Below are positions 1 through 10,629 of a stretch of DNA of 64,000 bases, piece after piece. Origin of the DNA: a virus. The stretch lies in IMG/VR virus record IMGVR_UViG_3300025413_000010; one strand, written 5' to 3'. The notes under the pieces are model-generated. The model was not told the DNA's origin and made no database searches. It saw only the letters and a list, made by a program, of their open reading frames with translations. A program made the translations under genes and the position numbers. The stretch's first letter is position 1. Every line of letters starts with the position of its first letter.

Positions 1-706
1 TGAACGTGCTTAAGAATCTTGTACTAGTTCCTGTAACTGTACTGTTTCCAGTAATTACACTTATTGTTTGCGCAGAAACATATGATCCATTAGTTGCGAA
101 TACATTCTCACCACCAATAAAAGTTCCAGTGATAGACGAATAGTTGAGAGACTCTACACCACTGTCAGCAACGACAACAGTTTGTGTATTGCTAGTAAAC
201 TGTGCAATATTAACAGAGAAACAAATATCTGTAGAACTTACAGGATTCCATGTTCCATCATTTTGAAAGTTGAATTTTTGTCCTTGGAAATTAGAAACAC
301 CAGCAAAAGCTGTAGATCCACCAAGAATAACATCTCCGGTTTTGGCTTCCCATAATTGATAACCTGGATCATCAAAAGCAATCAGAACAGCATAAGTCGC
401 ACCAGTAGAAAGTTGAACTGGTGTTTTAAAATTGAATGTAGTAGGAACATCTGCAGTTGGCGATGGATTGATTGCAGCATATTCTGCTCTTGTTATAGAA
501 TTTAGATATACGCTTGTAGGGTCAGGAACCCCATTGATAGTTTTGGCCAAAGAAACTTGCATACCAGGGGCATACATTCCTGATACCGTTTTGCCCATAG
601 TAGGTTGCGTTTTTACATAAAGAGTTATGCTCGTTACATATATGTTATCAGAGTTAGAAACTGCTTGAGGATCAACATAAAAGGTTTGAGCTAAATTATT
701 AGACAT
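1..706 (-). CDS. Virion structural protein, partial (runs off window); resembles the C-terminal half of DUF4815/VrlC-like proteins
   Basis: ATG at 706, reads MSNNLAQTFYVDPQAV...TTFNFKTPVQLSTGATYAVLI; open to window edge; not in ORF track. Confidence 0.7.
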   Translation of the reverse strand, partial: MSNNLAQTFYVDPQAVSNSDNIYVTSITLYVKTQPTMGKTVSGMYAPGMQVSLAKTINGVPDPTSVYLNSITRAEYAAINPSPTADVPTTFNFKTPVQLSTGATYAVLIAFDDPGYQLWEAKTGDVILGGSTAFAGVSNFQGQKFNFQNDGTWNPVSSTDICFSVNIAQFTSNTQTVVVADSGVESLNYSSITGTFIGGENVFATNGSYVSAQTISVITGNSTVTGTSTRFLSTF

Positions 707-719
707 AATATCTTAATCC

Positions 720-3700
720 TTAACGATAAAATCTGTAATATGGCCACCAGCAATAGTCATAACCAATTGGTACAACATAATTGCTTGCTGGGATGACATT
801 AATTGTTGCTTGTGCTGTAGAACTGTTATCCGCCGTAGCAACAATAGCAACCTTGGATGCTGCTAGTGAGTTAGATAGAGCTTGGGCAGCAGACAATCCG
901 GTTGTTGTGGAATTTATTCCATTTCCGAAGTAGAACGAGAACTCCATTTGACCGTGCTGATCAGATACAAGACCACCACCCAGAGTGCCACCGAATTGCT
1001 TACATAGAGCTGTTTGATCAGTTCCATCAAACGTAAACGTATGTTTAGTAGATGGTCTTAGCCCAGTAACAGCAAAATCAAATTTCTGCTGGTTTGCATA
1101 GTAATATAGACCATTGTACAATCCATAAACACCGTAATACCATGGATATGGAACATATCCAGTCAACAGATACACACCAGAAGCAGCATATGCATACGAA
1201 TATGTATATAGCTGGAAAGTGCTTGGTGACGGAATCAGAGTACCGCTATAAGTCGAAGGAACAACAGCAGAAGTAGTTGTTGATGGATACTGAATTGTAT
1301 CTACAGGATATGAGAATCTGTAATTGTAATATTCAAATTCCCACCATCTATTATATGTATAGATCTTATAGTATTGCCCCTTTGAAGGGTCATGGGTGAA
1401 GTTGTACTGGTACATGCTTCCAATAGGAGCAAAGTTGCCTGGAGAGTTAGACACCGCTGCAACATACTGATTCAATCCTATAGTGTTTGATGATAGCGGA
1501 ATAGAACCATCACCGTTAAATCCAAGAACACCAGTTAATGCATAACTGCTATTGTATCCAGGATATCCTCCAGCATAAAATGGAGGATGATAGATTACAT
1601 CAGATTCTGGATCTGGTGTCTGGAAGATAATATATCCTCTATATCCATACCACCAGTCTCTACTAAACACAAACGAGCACGTATTCGAAGTTGCGCTTGC
1701 CTTAAATGTATCAATAGAAACACCAAATCCTGAATTGAACGCATTCATTGTTTGCTGAACAACAACGGGTGATGGTGGTGGTACTGCTCCGTTAGTAGCG
1801 GCTGTCTGTTTTACAAGACGAGTTTCTACATACGGAAGAACAATAGCGTTACCAATCTTAGAATATGAAGTTGCACCAAAATCATTAACAAAATCAATAG
1901 GAATATTAGTTGCTGCCTGGAACGGAACTAACAGGCCATTATTAACGACAGCGGTATTCTCTGGGTTTGTTGTGTCAGTATATTGTGTGCTGCTGAAATC
2001 ATCAGCAAAAAATCCATATTTGAATCTATTTGTTGTTGCTGTGATAGAAGAAGGAATTTGCACATTTTGTACACTCTGTTCAAGCTGAGACAGAGAAACG
2101 TACTGTTCTAGCTGATAAATTCTTCTTTCAAGATTAGCAATATCTGACATAGTATATCCACTAACCTGAACAGCGTTATTTCCTGTATTGGACACAAAAG
2201 GAGCAACAACAGTTTGGTTTGCAATTCTTTGTAAACTATATGATTGAGAAGCAACTTTAGTATCAAGAATTGACAGATAGTCTGAAGACATATTCTGTGG
2301 GATAGAAGGATAAGCAGGAACCTTAACCAAGCTAATAGTAATACCTGCACTTGGTGTTGGCGGAGGAATTAGAGTTCCTGGAGTTCCAGTAGAATCAAGA
2401 ACTTGTCCGCTTCCAGTCACAACAATAGAATCAACTCTTCCAAGATAGCTGACTTGATCACAAATGTGACTTGATCCAGGAACAGGGAAGTTGAAGGTAA
2501 CTCCACTAAACTTGGTAGTGCTATTTGATGAAGGTGGATTGATTGGTGCACTTGATGTGCTATTTGTGATAGCAACAGTATTTACAACCGAAGGTCTGAA
2601 ATCGATAGTATTGATAAGATCATAATATGCGCCGGTTCCTCCTGTGATTTCAGGAACCTCAACAGCATTAACATATGATGTAGTTAGTGTTGTTGAGTTT
2701 GCAGCATCTGTATTTACGTTAACATTATATGAGCTAACTGTTTTTACTGTGCTCGAAACTGGAATTGTGAAGTTATCATAAACAACCAATAGAGCTGAGT
2801 TGCTTGCTGCAAGCGGAAGCGAAACTCCTGGCTTTCTATATAGCAACGAAAGATCCATGTAATCTGTTTTCTGGTTGCTATCAACATAGAACATGTTGGT
2901 AACATCAGTCAAAGTTTGAGTAGATGGGCCGATATTTTTTAACGGAACACCAGTAAACGTAACATTTCCTGCAACAGCGCTGGAGTTAAAGGTTACGTTA
3001 GATCCACCAGAAGTGGTTGATACAGAAAATCCAGTCGAATTTGCGTAAACAGCAAAATAAGTTGTGCCGTTAGTTAGACCAGATAGACCCGCAGAAACTG
3101 CACTGTTAGAATAAGTAAAGCTATCGCCGTTAGCAAATACGTTATTGGAAATTGTGATTCTTGCCGAAGAAGTAGCACTTCCTGAAACGTTAGCTTGAGC
3201 GTCAATGCTTTGTGTATACGGAGAAGAAAGGAAAACGTTTCTTAATCTGAATACACCAGGAACACCCAGATTCCAAGGACCAGTGTCACCACTCGCATTA
3301 TTAGAAGCAACAATCTTGATCAGGTTGTTTCTATTAATTGTAATGTTATCTGGCGAAGAAGCAACAGTGTTTGCGTTATAACTAATCGATAGAGGATATG
3401 ATGAGATGAAAGTCTGAGCAAATTGAATCGTTAGTGTCTGCGCACTACTGTTTACGTTAACATAACGATTTGGGCGACCATCGATAGGAATAGGAACGTT
3501 ATTTGGGAATACCTGAGTAGCGTTAGCTGTAGAAGTTGTAGCTACAGGAACAGAATCAAGGTTAACAGTTACACTGCTTCCTGCTACAGTAAGAGCAGTA
3601 ATTCTATTAGTTGTTGTTGATGTAGCGTTAGAAATCTGTAAGTAGTCACCAACATATAGATTTGTCGCACCACCACTAGATGCTAATATGATACTATTTG

Positions 3701-5939
3701 CAGTTGAGCTGGTCTGGCCATTTGTTGTTGCCAATAATGTAGTGAATGGAATTGTTGCAGTAGGAACAACGATAATATCTTGTGCGCTATTCAGAGTTGT
3801 GCCTGGAGTATAAGGGAATGTATTAGAACCAGTCAGCGTAATAGACACACTATTTCCGCTGAACGAACCGATTGTAGCAGTTGTTCTGTATTGGAATTTG
3901 TGATTTGCTGTTGACTTCAGCATCGATGCTGTGCCTGAAGGGAACAGTAGTGTTGAATTAGTATTTACGATCTTAGCAACATTTGTTCCAGTTGTTGTAT
4001 CTACGGCTAAGATAACGTCAGCAATAGCTGAGTTTGATGTTCCTACAACAGACTTTACTGATCTAAAGTTAGCGCCATTCGACATAGCAACGTCAAACAG
4101 ATACAGTCTATTTGAGCCAGTAGGTGTTCCTTGAATTCCTCCAGGAAGAACAACCTGAGATCTAATTCTGGCAGTACCAATAATATTTCCTACTGGAGAA
4201 ATTGTTCCAGTAGCATATCCGCCTGCAGCATTTGAAATAAACTGGTTGGCTGTGTCATAGAATGTGACAAGATCACCAGTTGTGAACTTGAACATACCAC
4301 CAATTTCTTGGCAGTCAATATAGTTATTGTAAATTAGAGAAGTAGCAACTGCAGAAACAGAGTTAGTATCAATACCTTTATTTACAGGAAGATAATAATT
4401 GCCATTGGTCTTTACTCTATATCCACCAATATATGCTTCGCCTGGATTTACAACAATGTTGAATGTGCTGTTTGCCTGAGAAGCGGTTGTTGTTGTTTTT
4501 GATGTGACTAGGAAAGGATCAATAACGAAATCGCCGCTAACATCATATGTTCTTTGTGCCATCTCATCTTCGATGACATTATACTGTGTTTGTTGATTTT
4601 GCTGATATGGCTGGCCCTGCGACCAAGTAACCAACGGAAGAAAATCTGTATTAGAAGCTGCAGAAGTTGTAGTAAGAACAGTAAGAGTTGGTGTTAGTTG
4701 TAATCTATCTGCTCCTGGTGACAGATAGCCGTCGGTACCAACAGCGTTGTCATACAACGAAGGATCAACATAAGCAGTTACAATGCTTTCGGCTGTATCA
4801 AACCCAACAGAAACTGCATCAGGAGTAGAACTGTATGGGCTAACTACGATAGTCTGAGAACTTACCTGAGAGAAGTATCCCTTCTGGTAGATAACACCAT
4901 CAGTTACACCAAATGCATATCCATTTCCAACTGGATTTGCTACGCTTGATGGAATAGTAACTTGTGCAATATAGTTTTGAGCAACCAGACTTGCTCCTGA
5001 TCCTGTAGCCGAACGAACGAAAACAGAAGGAGAAATGCTATAGTTGTTTCCTGTGCTGTTAAGAACAACGCTGGTAATAGCTCCTGTATACGTATTCGTA
5101 ATAAGAGAAGCAGAAGCACCAGTGCCGATAGAATTTGCTACGGTTGCGCTTGGTCCAGCAGTTCCTTGTCCACCAAGTTGGCTATATTGTGTTACAGTTG
5201 ATCCTGAAGAGAACGACCATGCTTGAGTGTTTGGACTTCCGCTCGCTTGTAAGTCTGAAGCATTTGGCTGCAGAGTAAGAGCATAGTATCCTGGAGCATT
5301 TGTAGTATAAACACCAGTAATTGTCGCGTTACCGCCACCCGAAGACCAGATATATTGTCCAGTAGTAAACGCTGAACTGTTGCCATAAACGAGAATACTA
5401 TCAACAAAAATTACAGAGTCTGTATTTGCGTATGAAGAACCTGCCCCAATAATATTAACATTGTTAATTGGATAATTATTGTTATATATTTGGAGGGTGT
5501 CACCTACAGAGAACTGCGTTGTGTTATAGTTATATCCAGAATTTATGTATTTTAGATATATCGTATTAAGGTATGGAGCAGTTGACACATATCCTGTGTT
5601 GCCCCCAAGAATATAAGCAGCCAACCCTGTGGTTGTATTGATAATATAATTGTTTACGTAGTTATTTACGTTTGTAGGTGTATTGTCTACCTGAGTGTCA
5701 GCAAGTTTAATGTATGGGTAATTAGGCATAAAGGTGAAGTTACAGCCTTCAACTATTGTGCCTCTTTTTAGAATATTGTCACCGAACTGTTCTACTTGAT
5801 TCTGGAGAACAGTTTGAAGTTGGTTTAATTCTCTCGTCTGAACAGCAATCCCAGGCTTGAACAGAATTTTGCTGTAATTGTTAGTTACATTAAAATCGTC
5901 AAAATATGGGTTTCCACTTAGATTAGTTTGGATTGGCAT
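720..5939 (-). CDS. Large virion structural protein, DUF4815/VrlC-like
   Basis: 1739 aa; PYFDDF...ILFKPG.AVQTRELNQLQ, APGADR-like motif, RFKYGFFADDF; follows gp8. Confidence 0.8.
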   Translation of the reverse strand: MPIQTNLSGNPYFDDFNVTNNYSKILFKPGIAVQTRELNQLQTVLQNQVEQFGDNILKRGTIVEGCNFTFMPNYPYIKLADTQVDNTPTNVNNYVNNYIINTTTGLAAYILGGNTGYVSTAPYLNTIYLKYINSGYNYNTTQFSVGDTLQIYNNNYPINNVNIIGAGSSYANTDSVIFVDSILVYGNSSAFTTGQYIWSSGGGNATITGVYTTNAPGYYALTLQPNASDLQASGSPNTQAWSFSSGSTVTQYSQLGGQGTAGPSATVANSIGTGASASLITNTYTGAITSVVLNSTGNNYSISPSVFVRSATGSGASLVAQNYIAQVTIPSSVANPVGNGYAFGVTDGVIYQKGYFSQVSSQTIVVSPYSSTPDAVSVGFDTAESIVTAYVDPSLYDNAVGTDGYLSPGADRLQLTPTLTVLTTTSAASNTDFLPLVTWSQGQPYQQNQQTQYNVIEDEMAQRTYDVSGDFVIDPFLVTSKTTTTASQANSTFNIVVNPGEAYIGGYRVKTNGNYYLPVNKGIDTNSVSAVATSLIYNNYIDCQEIGGMFKFTTGDLVTFYDTANQFISNAAGGYATGTISPVGNIIGTARIRSQVVLPGGIQGTPTGSNRLYLFDVAMSNGANFRSVKSVVGTSNSAIADVILAVDTTTGTNVAKIVNTNSTLLFPSGTASMLKSTANHKFQYRTTATIGSFSGNSVSITLTGSNTFPYTPGTTLNSAQDIIVVPTATIPFTTLLATTNGQTSSTANSIILASSGGATNLYVGDYLQISNATSTTTNRITALTVAGSSVTVNLDSVPVATTSTANATQVFPNNVPIPIDGRPNRYVNVNSSAQTLTIQFAQTFISSYPLSISYNANTVASSPDNITINRNNLIKIVASNNASGDTGPWNLGVPGVFRLRNVFLSSPYTQSIDAQANVSGSATSSARITISNNVFANGDSFTYSNSAVSAGLSGLTNGTTYFAVYANSTGFSVSTTSGGSNVTFNSSAVAGNVTFTGVPLKNIGPSTQTLTDVTNMFYVDSNQKTDYMDLSLLYRKPGVSLPLAASNSALLVVYDNFTIPVSSTVKTVSSYNVNVNTDAANSTTLTTSYVNAVEVPEITGGTGAYYDLINTIDFRPSVVNTVAITNSTSSAPINPPSSNSTTKFSGVTFNFPVPGSSHICDQVSYLGRVDSIVVTGSGQVLDSTGTPGTLIPPPTPSAGITISLVKVPAYPSIPQNMSSDYLSILDTKVASQSYSLQRIANQTVVAPFVSNTGNNAVQVSGYTMSDIANLERRIYQLEQYVSLSQLEQSVQNVQIPSSITATTNRFKYGFFADDFSSTQYTDTTNPENTAVVNNGLLVPFQAATNIPIDFVNDFGATSYSKIGNAIVLPYVETRLVKQTAATNGAVPPPSPVVVQQTMNAFNSGFGVSIDTFKASATSNTCSFVFSRDWWYGYRGYIIFQTPDPESDVIYHPPFYAGGYPGYNSSYALTGVLGFNGDGSIPLSSNTIGLNQYVAAVSNSPGNFAPIGSMYQYNFTHDPSKGQYYKIYTYNRWWEFEYYNYRFSYPVDTIQYPSTTTSAVVPSTYSGTLIPSPSTFQLYTYSYAYAASGVYLLTGYVPYPWYYGVYGLYNGLYYYANQQKFDFAVTGLRPSTKHTFTFDGTDQTALCKQFGGTLGGGLVSDQHGQMEFSFYFGNGINSTTTGLSAAQALSNSLAASKVAIVATADNSSTAQATINVIPASNYVVPIGYDYCWWPYYRFYR

Positions 5940-5952
5940 TCAATATTCCCTT

Positions 5953-7779
5953 TTAAAACGAAAGAGTCAAATTAATATTTTCGGTTTGCGTGTTTGATCT
6001 TGTGATTGGTGTAATGTTTTCAACATAAAGGATGTCACCACTACCTTGAATAATATCAGGAAGCGTTTCACTATATATGCTGAAATTCGCTTGACTTTTC
6101 GCACCAATTAATGAAGACCCAACTGGAAACAGACCCATTTTGTTTGTAACTACAGCTGTTGTGCTATTAGAAAATAGGCAAACTGCGGTATTTCCTGAAG
6201 AAGAATTTGCTCCAATATAAACAATTTCACCATTTGAGAATCCTTGCGAGAGGAATGCTCCAGTATACGTATATGTTTGGTTGAAGGTAGTAAAGCCTAC
6301 AGAACCTTTATTTCTTCCTGAAATGACAGCGTTTGCTGTCAAATACGTATTTACCCCAGAAGTGCTTCCGTAAATAGAGTTAGAAGTACTGTTTCCTGTT
6401 ACAAATTTTCCATTAACATTCGTTAAATACAGCGCACCATTAATTGTATCAAAAGAAACGATTTTACCGAAAGCTCCAGTTGCTGGCTGGGTTACATTTT
6501 CTCCACGAACAAAATTGCTAATACTTGACACATCGACATAGACGTTTGCAAATTGAGGATCTCTTACGATGCCTACTGTTCTATATGTACCTGATGCGTA
6601 AATTGTATTGCTTATACTATTAGCAAACTTTGCGCTTACTGAAACGTATTTGGCATTAAGCTCTTCAATAGGATTAGCCCCATGGCCTTGTATTGGGCTG
6701 ATTACAGCCGCTACTACAGCAGAATTAGAAATCCCAACAATAGGCGCAGAATAAACAGATGCAACAGCAGAGCTATAACCTTGTCCTTGAGAAAGTATGG
6801 TGATATTGTTAATTGCTGTCGATGAAGAATTTACAACAGCAATAGCATATGCGTTTGATGTTTGATATCCATCACCAGTAATTACAACTTTAGGACCAAC
6901 AACAAATGTATCATTCGGTTGGGCTAAATTCTGTAAAGAATTGACTAGAGTAATTATAACTCCGCCATATGTTGGATTATAAACAGAACTTGCAATTTCA
7001 GCATAACTACCAACAGAAGAGCCACCATTCATGTATAGGTAGCATCCTTGATAGTAGTTTGTTGTTGTGTTTGCAGTGCTAGGTAGCATATACTGGATTG
7101 GATTGCGGCTGTTTGTTCCAGTAAAATAGATTTGATTATACGATAAAGTTCCTGTTAGATAATTATTATATCCGGATCCACCATTCGATATTTTTATTTT
7201 GTTAATTGTTCCAGGAATAGCCGCAGAAACAACTGAAGTGTTAGCGATAACAGGAATGTAGTTTGTTGTGGCAAAGGTACTGAATGCAGTAGAGCTTATG
7301 CTGAACATGTATTTCCAATTATAACCATCGCTTGTGAAATAGAAATTTCCAAGAGAAGCAGCTTGAGATTTAACTGGAGTTACTGTCGATGCTGCGCCGT
7401 TATTATTGTCCAAACATTTGAATACGTCGTAGTATGAACCGTTTTGAACACCAACATAAAATTGAGATGAATACAATGAAGAATTAGTATCATCATATGG
7501 CGTATATACTGTACCCGAGGCCCAGTCATATCTATTCACTGCTAAGTTTACGTTTGTTGAGTTTAATTTGACTCCAAACAACATATCTTGCCAATAATTG
7601 TGTCTTGTTGTTTGAATATTATCAACTGGAGTATCAATTACAGTATCACCCTGAGAAAACGGAGTAGGCTTACCTGCGAAAACATAATACGTTGAATTTG
7701 ATGTAGAAACGCTATTTGCAAATTCCATTGCATTGTGCATTCTATACAAATTCGTAATTGTTTGAATATATGAAGCCAT
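5953..7779 (-). CDS. gp8: Baseplate wedge subunit gp8
   Basis: RYDWASGTVY, VFKCLDN, DGYNWKYMF, GHGANP, SGDILYVEN motifs; synteny. Confidence 0.85.
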   Translation of the reverse strand: MASYIQTITNLYRMHNAMEFANSVSTSNSTYYVFAGKPTPFSQGDTVIDTPVDNIQTTRHNYWQDMLFGVKLNSTNVNLAVNRYDWASGTVYTPYDDTNSSLYSSQFYVGVQNGSYYDVFKCLDNNNGAASTVTPVKSQAASLGNFYFTSDGYNWKYMFSISSTAFSTFATTNYIPVIANTSVVSAAIPGTINKIKISNGGSGYNNYLTGTLSYNQIYFTGTNSRNPIQYMLPSTANTTTNYYQGCYLYMNGGSSVGSYAEIASSVYNPTYGGVIITLVNSLQNLAQPNDTFVVGPKVVITGDGYQTSNAYAIAVVNSSSTAINNITILSQGQGYSSAVASVYSAPIVGISNSAVVAAVISPIQGHGANPIEELNAKYVSVSAKFANSISNTIYASGTYRTVGIVRDPQFANVYVDVSSISNFVRGENVTQPATGAFGKIVSFDTINGALYLTNVNGKFVTGNSTSNSIYGSTSGVNTYLTANAVISGRNKGSVGFTTFNQTYTYTGAFLSQGFSNGEIVYIGANSSSGNTAVCLFSNSTTAVVTNKMGLFPVGSSLIGAKSQANFSIYSETLPDIIQGSGDILYVENITPITRSNTQTENINLTLSF

Positions 7780-7806
7780 TATTAATCCCAGTTTAATTTA
7801 TTATAT

Positions 7807-10629
7807 TTATGATAGTGTAATAGAAGGAACCCCTGCACCCGAGTATTGGCCGATATCGATAGAAGCAGTTTTGTGCACAGAACCAAACATCTGGGTTCCT
7901 GCAATATGCACTACTTTCTTTACAACATCAGAATAAACACTCAAATCCAAAGAACTCTGTATCTCATAAGAAAATGGTTGGTAATAATACCCATCCTGTA
8001 CATATTGATTACTATCCAAAAAGCTATTATTATATTTATAATATCCTAGCGACTTTCCTTGCGTAGATGTTACGACAGAAGCAACCCCAACTGCAGAAGC
8101 ATTAGATTCGCTTACAAAATTGACTAAAGCAGTATTTGTATATCCGAATCCAGAATCAATTAATGTAAGCTGTGTTACTGAGCCGTTTCCTGTTTGTATG
8201 GCAGAAGTGATTACTGCATTAAGACCCGAAATTTGTCTATTTGGATTTGATGCAACCGTATAGATCTGGAAAGAAGATCCCTGTGTGTTATTTGTAAGAG
8301 GTATAGAGCTATTGGCAACAAATGACTGCTGTGCAGATAATCTCTCCACATAGATTGTGTTTCCTGATCCTGCAGTAACAACACCTTTAGCTACAAAAGC
8401 ATAAGCCGTTGAATTTATTGTACTAACTGTCGCAGCATTCTTCGTAGAATTGTCGTATAATATAAACGACGAGTTTGTTGTAAATCCGCCACTAGTTGTC
8501 TTTATTGCAATATGTGTTGTATCAGGAATATCAATAATAACGCCGTTCGCGCATGTGTATGATCCATTACTTTGATACACTGCTCGACTGTATCCAAATC
8601 CAGTTGTTCCATTTACTGCAAGAGTTACAGAGTTTGTGGCCGCCACGTTTTGGTAAAGATAATCACCAACCTTAAATGCAGAAGCTGCAGCATTAACAGA
8701 CATAATATAATCTTTTTCGTATAATTGCGTAACACCAGTATTAGCTTGCGCAAGAACGAAAGGAGGATACGAATATGAATACCCAGGACTTGTTGTTTGT
8801 ATTTGAGTAATAAACCCAACAGAGTTAGAATATTTACCAAAAGCTAAAGCAGTAGAAATACTATAATTTGTTGCATTAGTTGATGCATTTGCAGGGAATG
8901 CATATGCAGCAGCATTCAATTTTGTATTTGCATAGGTTGCTATTGAGTCAGTAGCAACCCAGAAATTAGAATCTGTATTTGTTACGCTAACAATCTTTAC
9001 GTTAGAAGATTGGCCATACATTACAGCATTGACTGTAGCTATGGTCGCTACGTTTGGTGCAAAAGAAACGCTGTTTGATGTAGAGTTTGCATAAAAGGTT
9101 ATGTTTGCTCCACCAGAAGATGAAGACAATGAAAACCCACTAGTATTTACGTATGTTGCATAATATGTGGTGCCGTTAGCTAATCCACCAATTGCAGTAG
9201 CTCCAACACTGTTGGTGTAAAATAATGCTTGACCATTAGAATATGGATTAGCAGCAAGAATTCTAGCACTAGATGTTCCTGAGTTAGAAACTGCTGAATT
9301 CGCATTTATCAATAATGGAGGATTATATCCAACAACTTTTGTAAATTGTGTTGCATTAATCGAATCAGAAAGATTGTTGATACCCACATACATGTTATAA
9401 CTGGCCAGCGTCGCTGTTGCGCCAGAAGAAAGACCTTTCACTGTCTGCCCTGTAATAAACACTCCAGAACGCTTGGTTGTAGTTAATACTTGTGTGGTTG
9501 CATTTGCTGTTGAGGAATAAGAAAGAACCGCTGTTGCGTTTCCACCAACACTCAATGATTCTTGAGCAGAAAATGTTCCGTTTACATTATTTACATACAA
9601 TATAGTGTTAGAAGATACGCCCACAGCATTCGCCGTTATCGTCCCACCTGTAGAATTAGAAAAAGTAAGTTTCTCTAATGGACCATAAGGAGCAATGTTC
9701 AATGTAGTATTATTGACTTGAACATTTGTCAAAAATACAACATTGCTTGATACAATAAGATTAGAAGTAATAGCGTTATAGCCAAATCCTCCATCAGTTA
9801 ATGTATATGTCGTAGTTCCTGATATATTAGAAATATTAGCAACAACAGCTTTACCTCCAGAACCACTAAATGTAGTTTGTTGTGGAATTAAGTCAACGAT
9901 ATTTCCTACGCTGAACCCCGCGCCGCCGCTCACAATCTGTAGGCTTGTTGCAGAACCGACAACAGTAGGAACGTTACTTGTTACAGGATTAGAAGCAAGA
10001 GTAACAAGTTCTCCAGTAACAAAGTTGTTTTTGATATTCGATAGATAAAAAATATTCACATACTTAGAGCTAACACCGCCTGTTACGACACTGTCCACAA
10101 AAGCTGTAGCGCCAGAATTAACACCAACAATTTCTTGTCCGACATACTGATTCAAATTAGGAACATATGTCACTTCTAGATACTGAGGGACCACCCATTT
10201 GTTGTCTGAAGTTTTAAAGACATTTTGTCCAGGATAGTATAATGTAACATCTTCAGCAAATAACAGTTTGAATAGAAGCTGAATAGCTCTCGGCGATCCC
10301 TTTGTTCTATAAAGATCAAGAACTCTTTTTACAACAAGACGCTTATCTGTTTCTGTATTAAACTGCATACCTTGAAGATATGTGTTTTTGAAATATACCA
10401 GAAACTGATCAACAGTATTGTCAATATCAGAGTAATCAAGCAATCTTCTTGAATTATAAAGGGTTTGTCCACCAGTTTGTGTGGTTCCTGTAGAATCTAC
10501 CCACGAATTTAATTCTAGCCATTCATAATATGCTTGAACGAATGCAATAAGCATCGGCCCTTCAGACTTATAGAAAGAAGGGAATTGGTTCTGAATTAAA
10601 TTCGATATGTAAAGTTCTACGTTTTCCAT
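7807..10629 (-). CDS. gp7: Baseplate wedge subunit gp7-like
   Basis: QFPSF...FVQAYYEWLE, LYRTKGS, QDGYYYQPFSYEI, VHIAGT; between gp6 and gp8. Confidence 0.75.
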   Translation of the reverse strand: MENVELYISNLIQNQFPSFYKSEGPMLIAFVQAYYEWLELNSWVDSTGTTQTGGQTLYNSRRLLDYSDIDNTVDQFLVYFKNTYLQGMQFNTETDKRLVVKRVLDLYRTKGSPRAIQLLFKLLFAEDVTLYYPGQNVFKTSDNKWVVPQYLEVTYVPNLNQYVGQEIVGVNSGATAFVDSVVTGGVSSKYVNIFYLSNIKNNFVTGELVTLASNPVTSNVPTVVGSATSLQIVSGGAGFSVGNIVDLIPQQTTFSGSGGKAVVANISNISGTTTYTLTDGGFGYNAITSNLIVSSNVVFLTNVQVNNTTLNIAPYGPLEKLTFSNSTGGTITANAVGVSSNTILYVNNVNGTFSAQESLSVGGNATAVLSYSSTANATTQVLTTTKRSGVFITGQTVKGLSSGATATLASYNMYVGINNLSDSINATQFTKVVGYNPPLLINANSAVSNSGTSSARILAANPYSNGQALFYTNSVGATAIGGLANGTTYYATYVNTSGFSLSSSSGGANITFYANSTSNSVSFAPNVATIATVNAVMYGQSSNVKIVSVTNTDSNFWVATDSIATYANTKLNAAAYAFPANASTNATNYSISTALAFGKYSNSVGFITQIQTTSPGYSYSYPPFVLAQANTGVTQLYEKDYIMSVNAAASAFKVGDYLYQNVAATNSVTLAVNGTTGFGYSRAVYQSNGSYTCANGVIIDIPDTTHIAIKTTSGGFTTNSSFILYDNSTKNAATVSTINSTAYAFVAKGVVTAGSGNTIYVERLSAQQSFVANSSIPLTNNTQGSSFQIYTVASNPNRQISGLNAVITSAIQTGNGSVTQLTLIDSGFGYTNTALVNFVSESNASAVGVASVVTSTQGKSLGYYKYNNSFLDSNQYVQDGYYYQPFSYEIQSSLDLSVYSDVVKKVVHIAGTQMFGSVHKTASIDIGQYSGAGVPSITLS

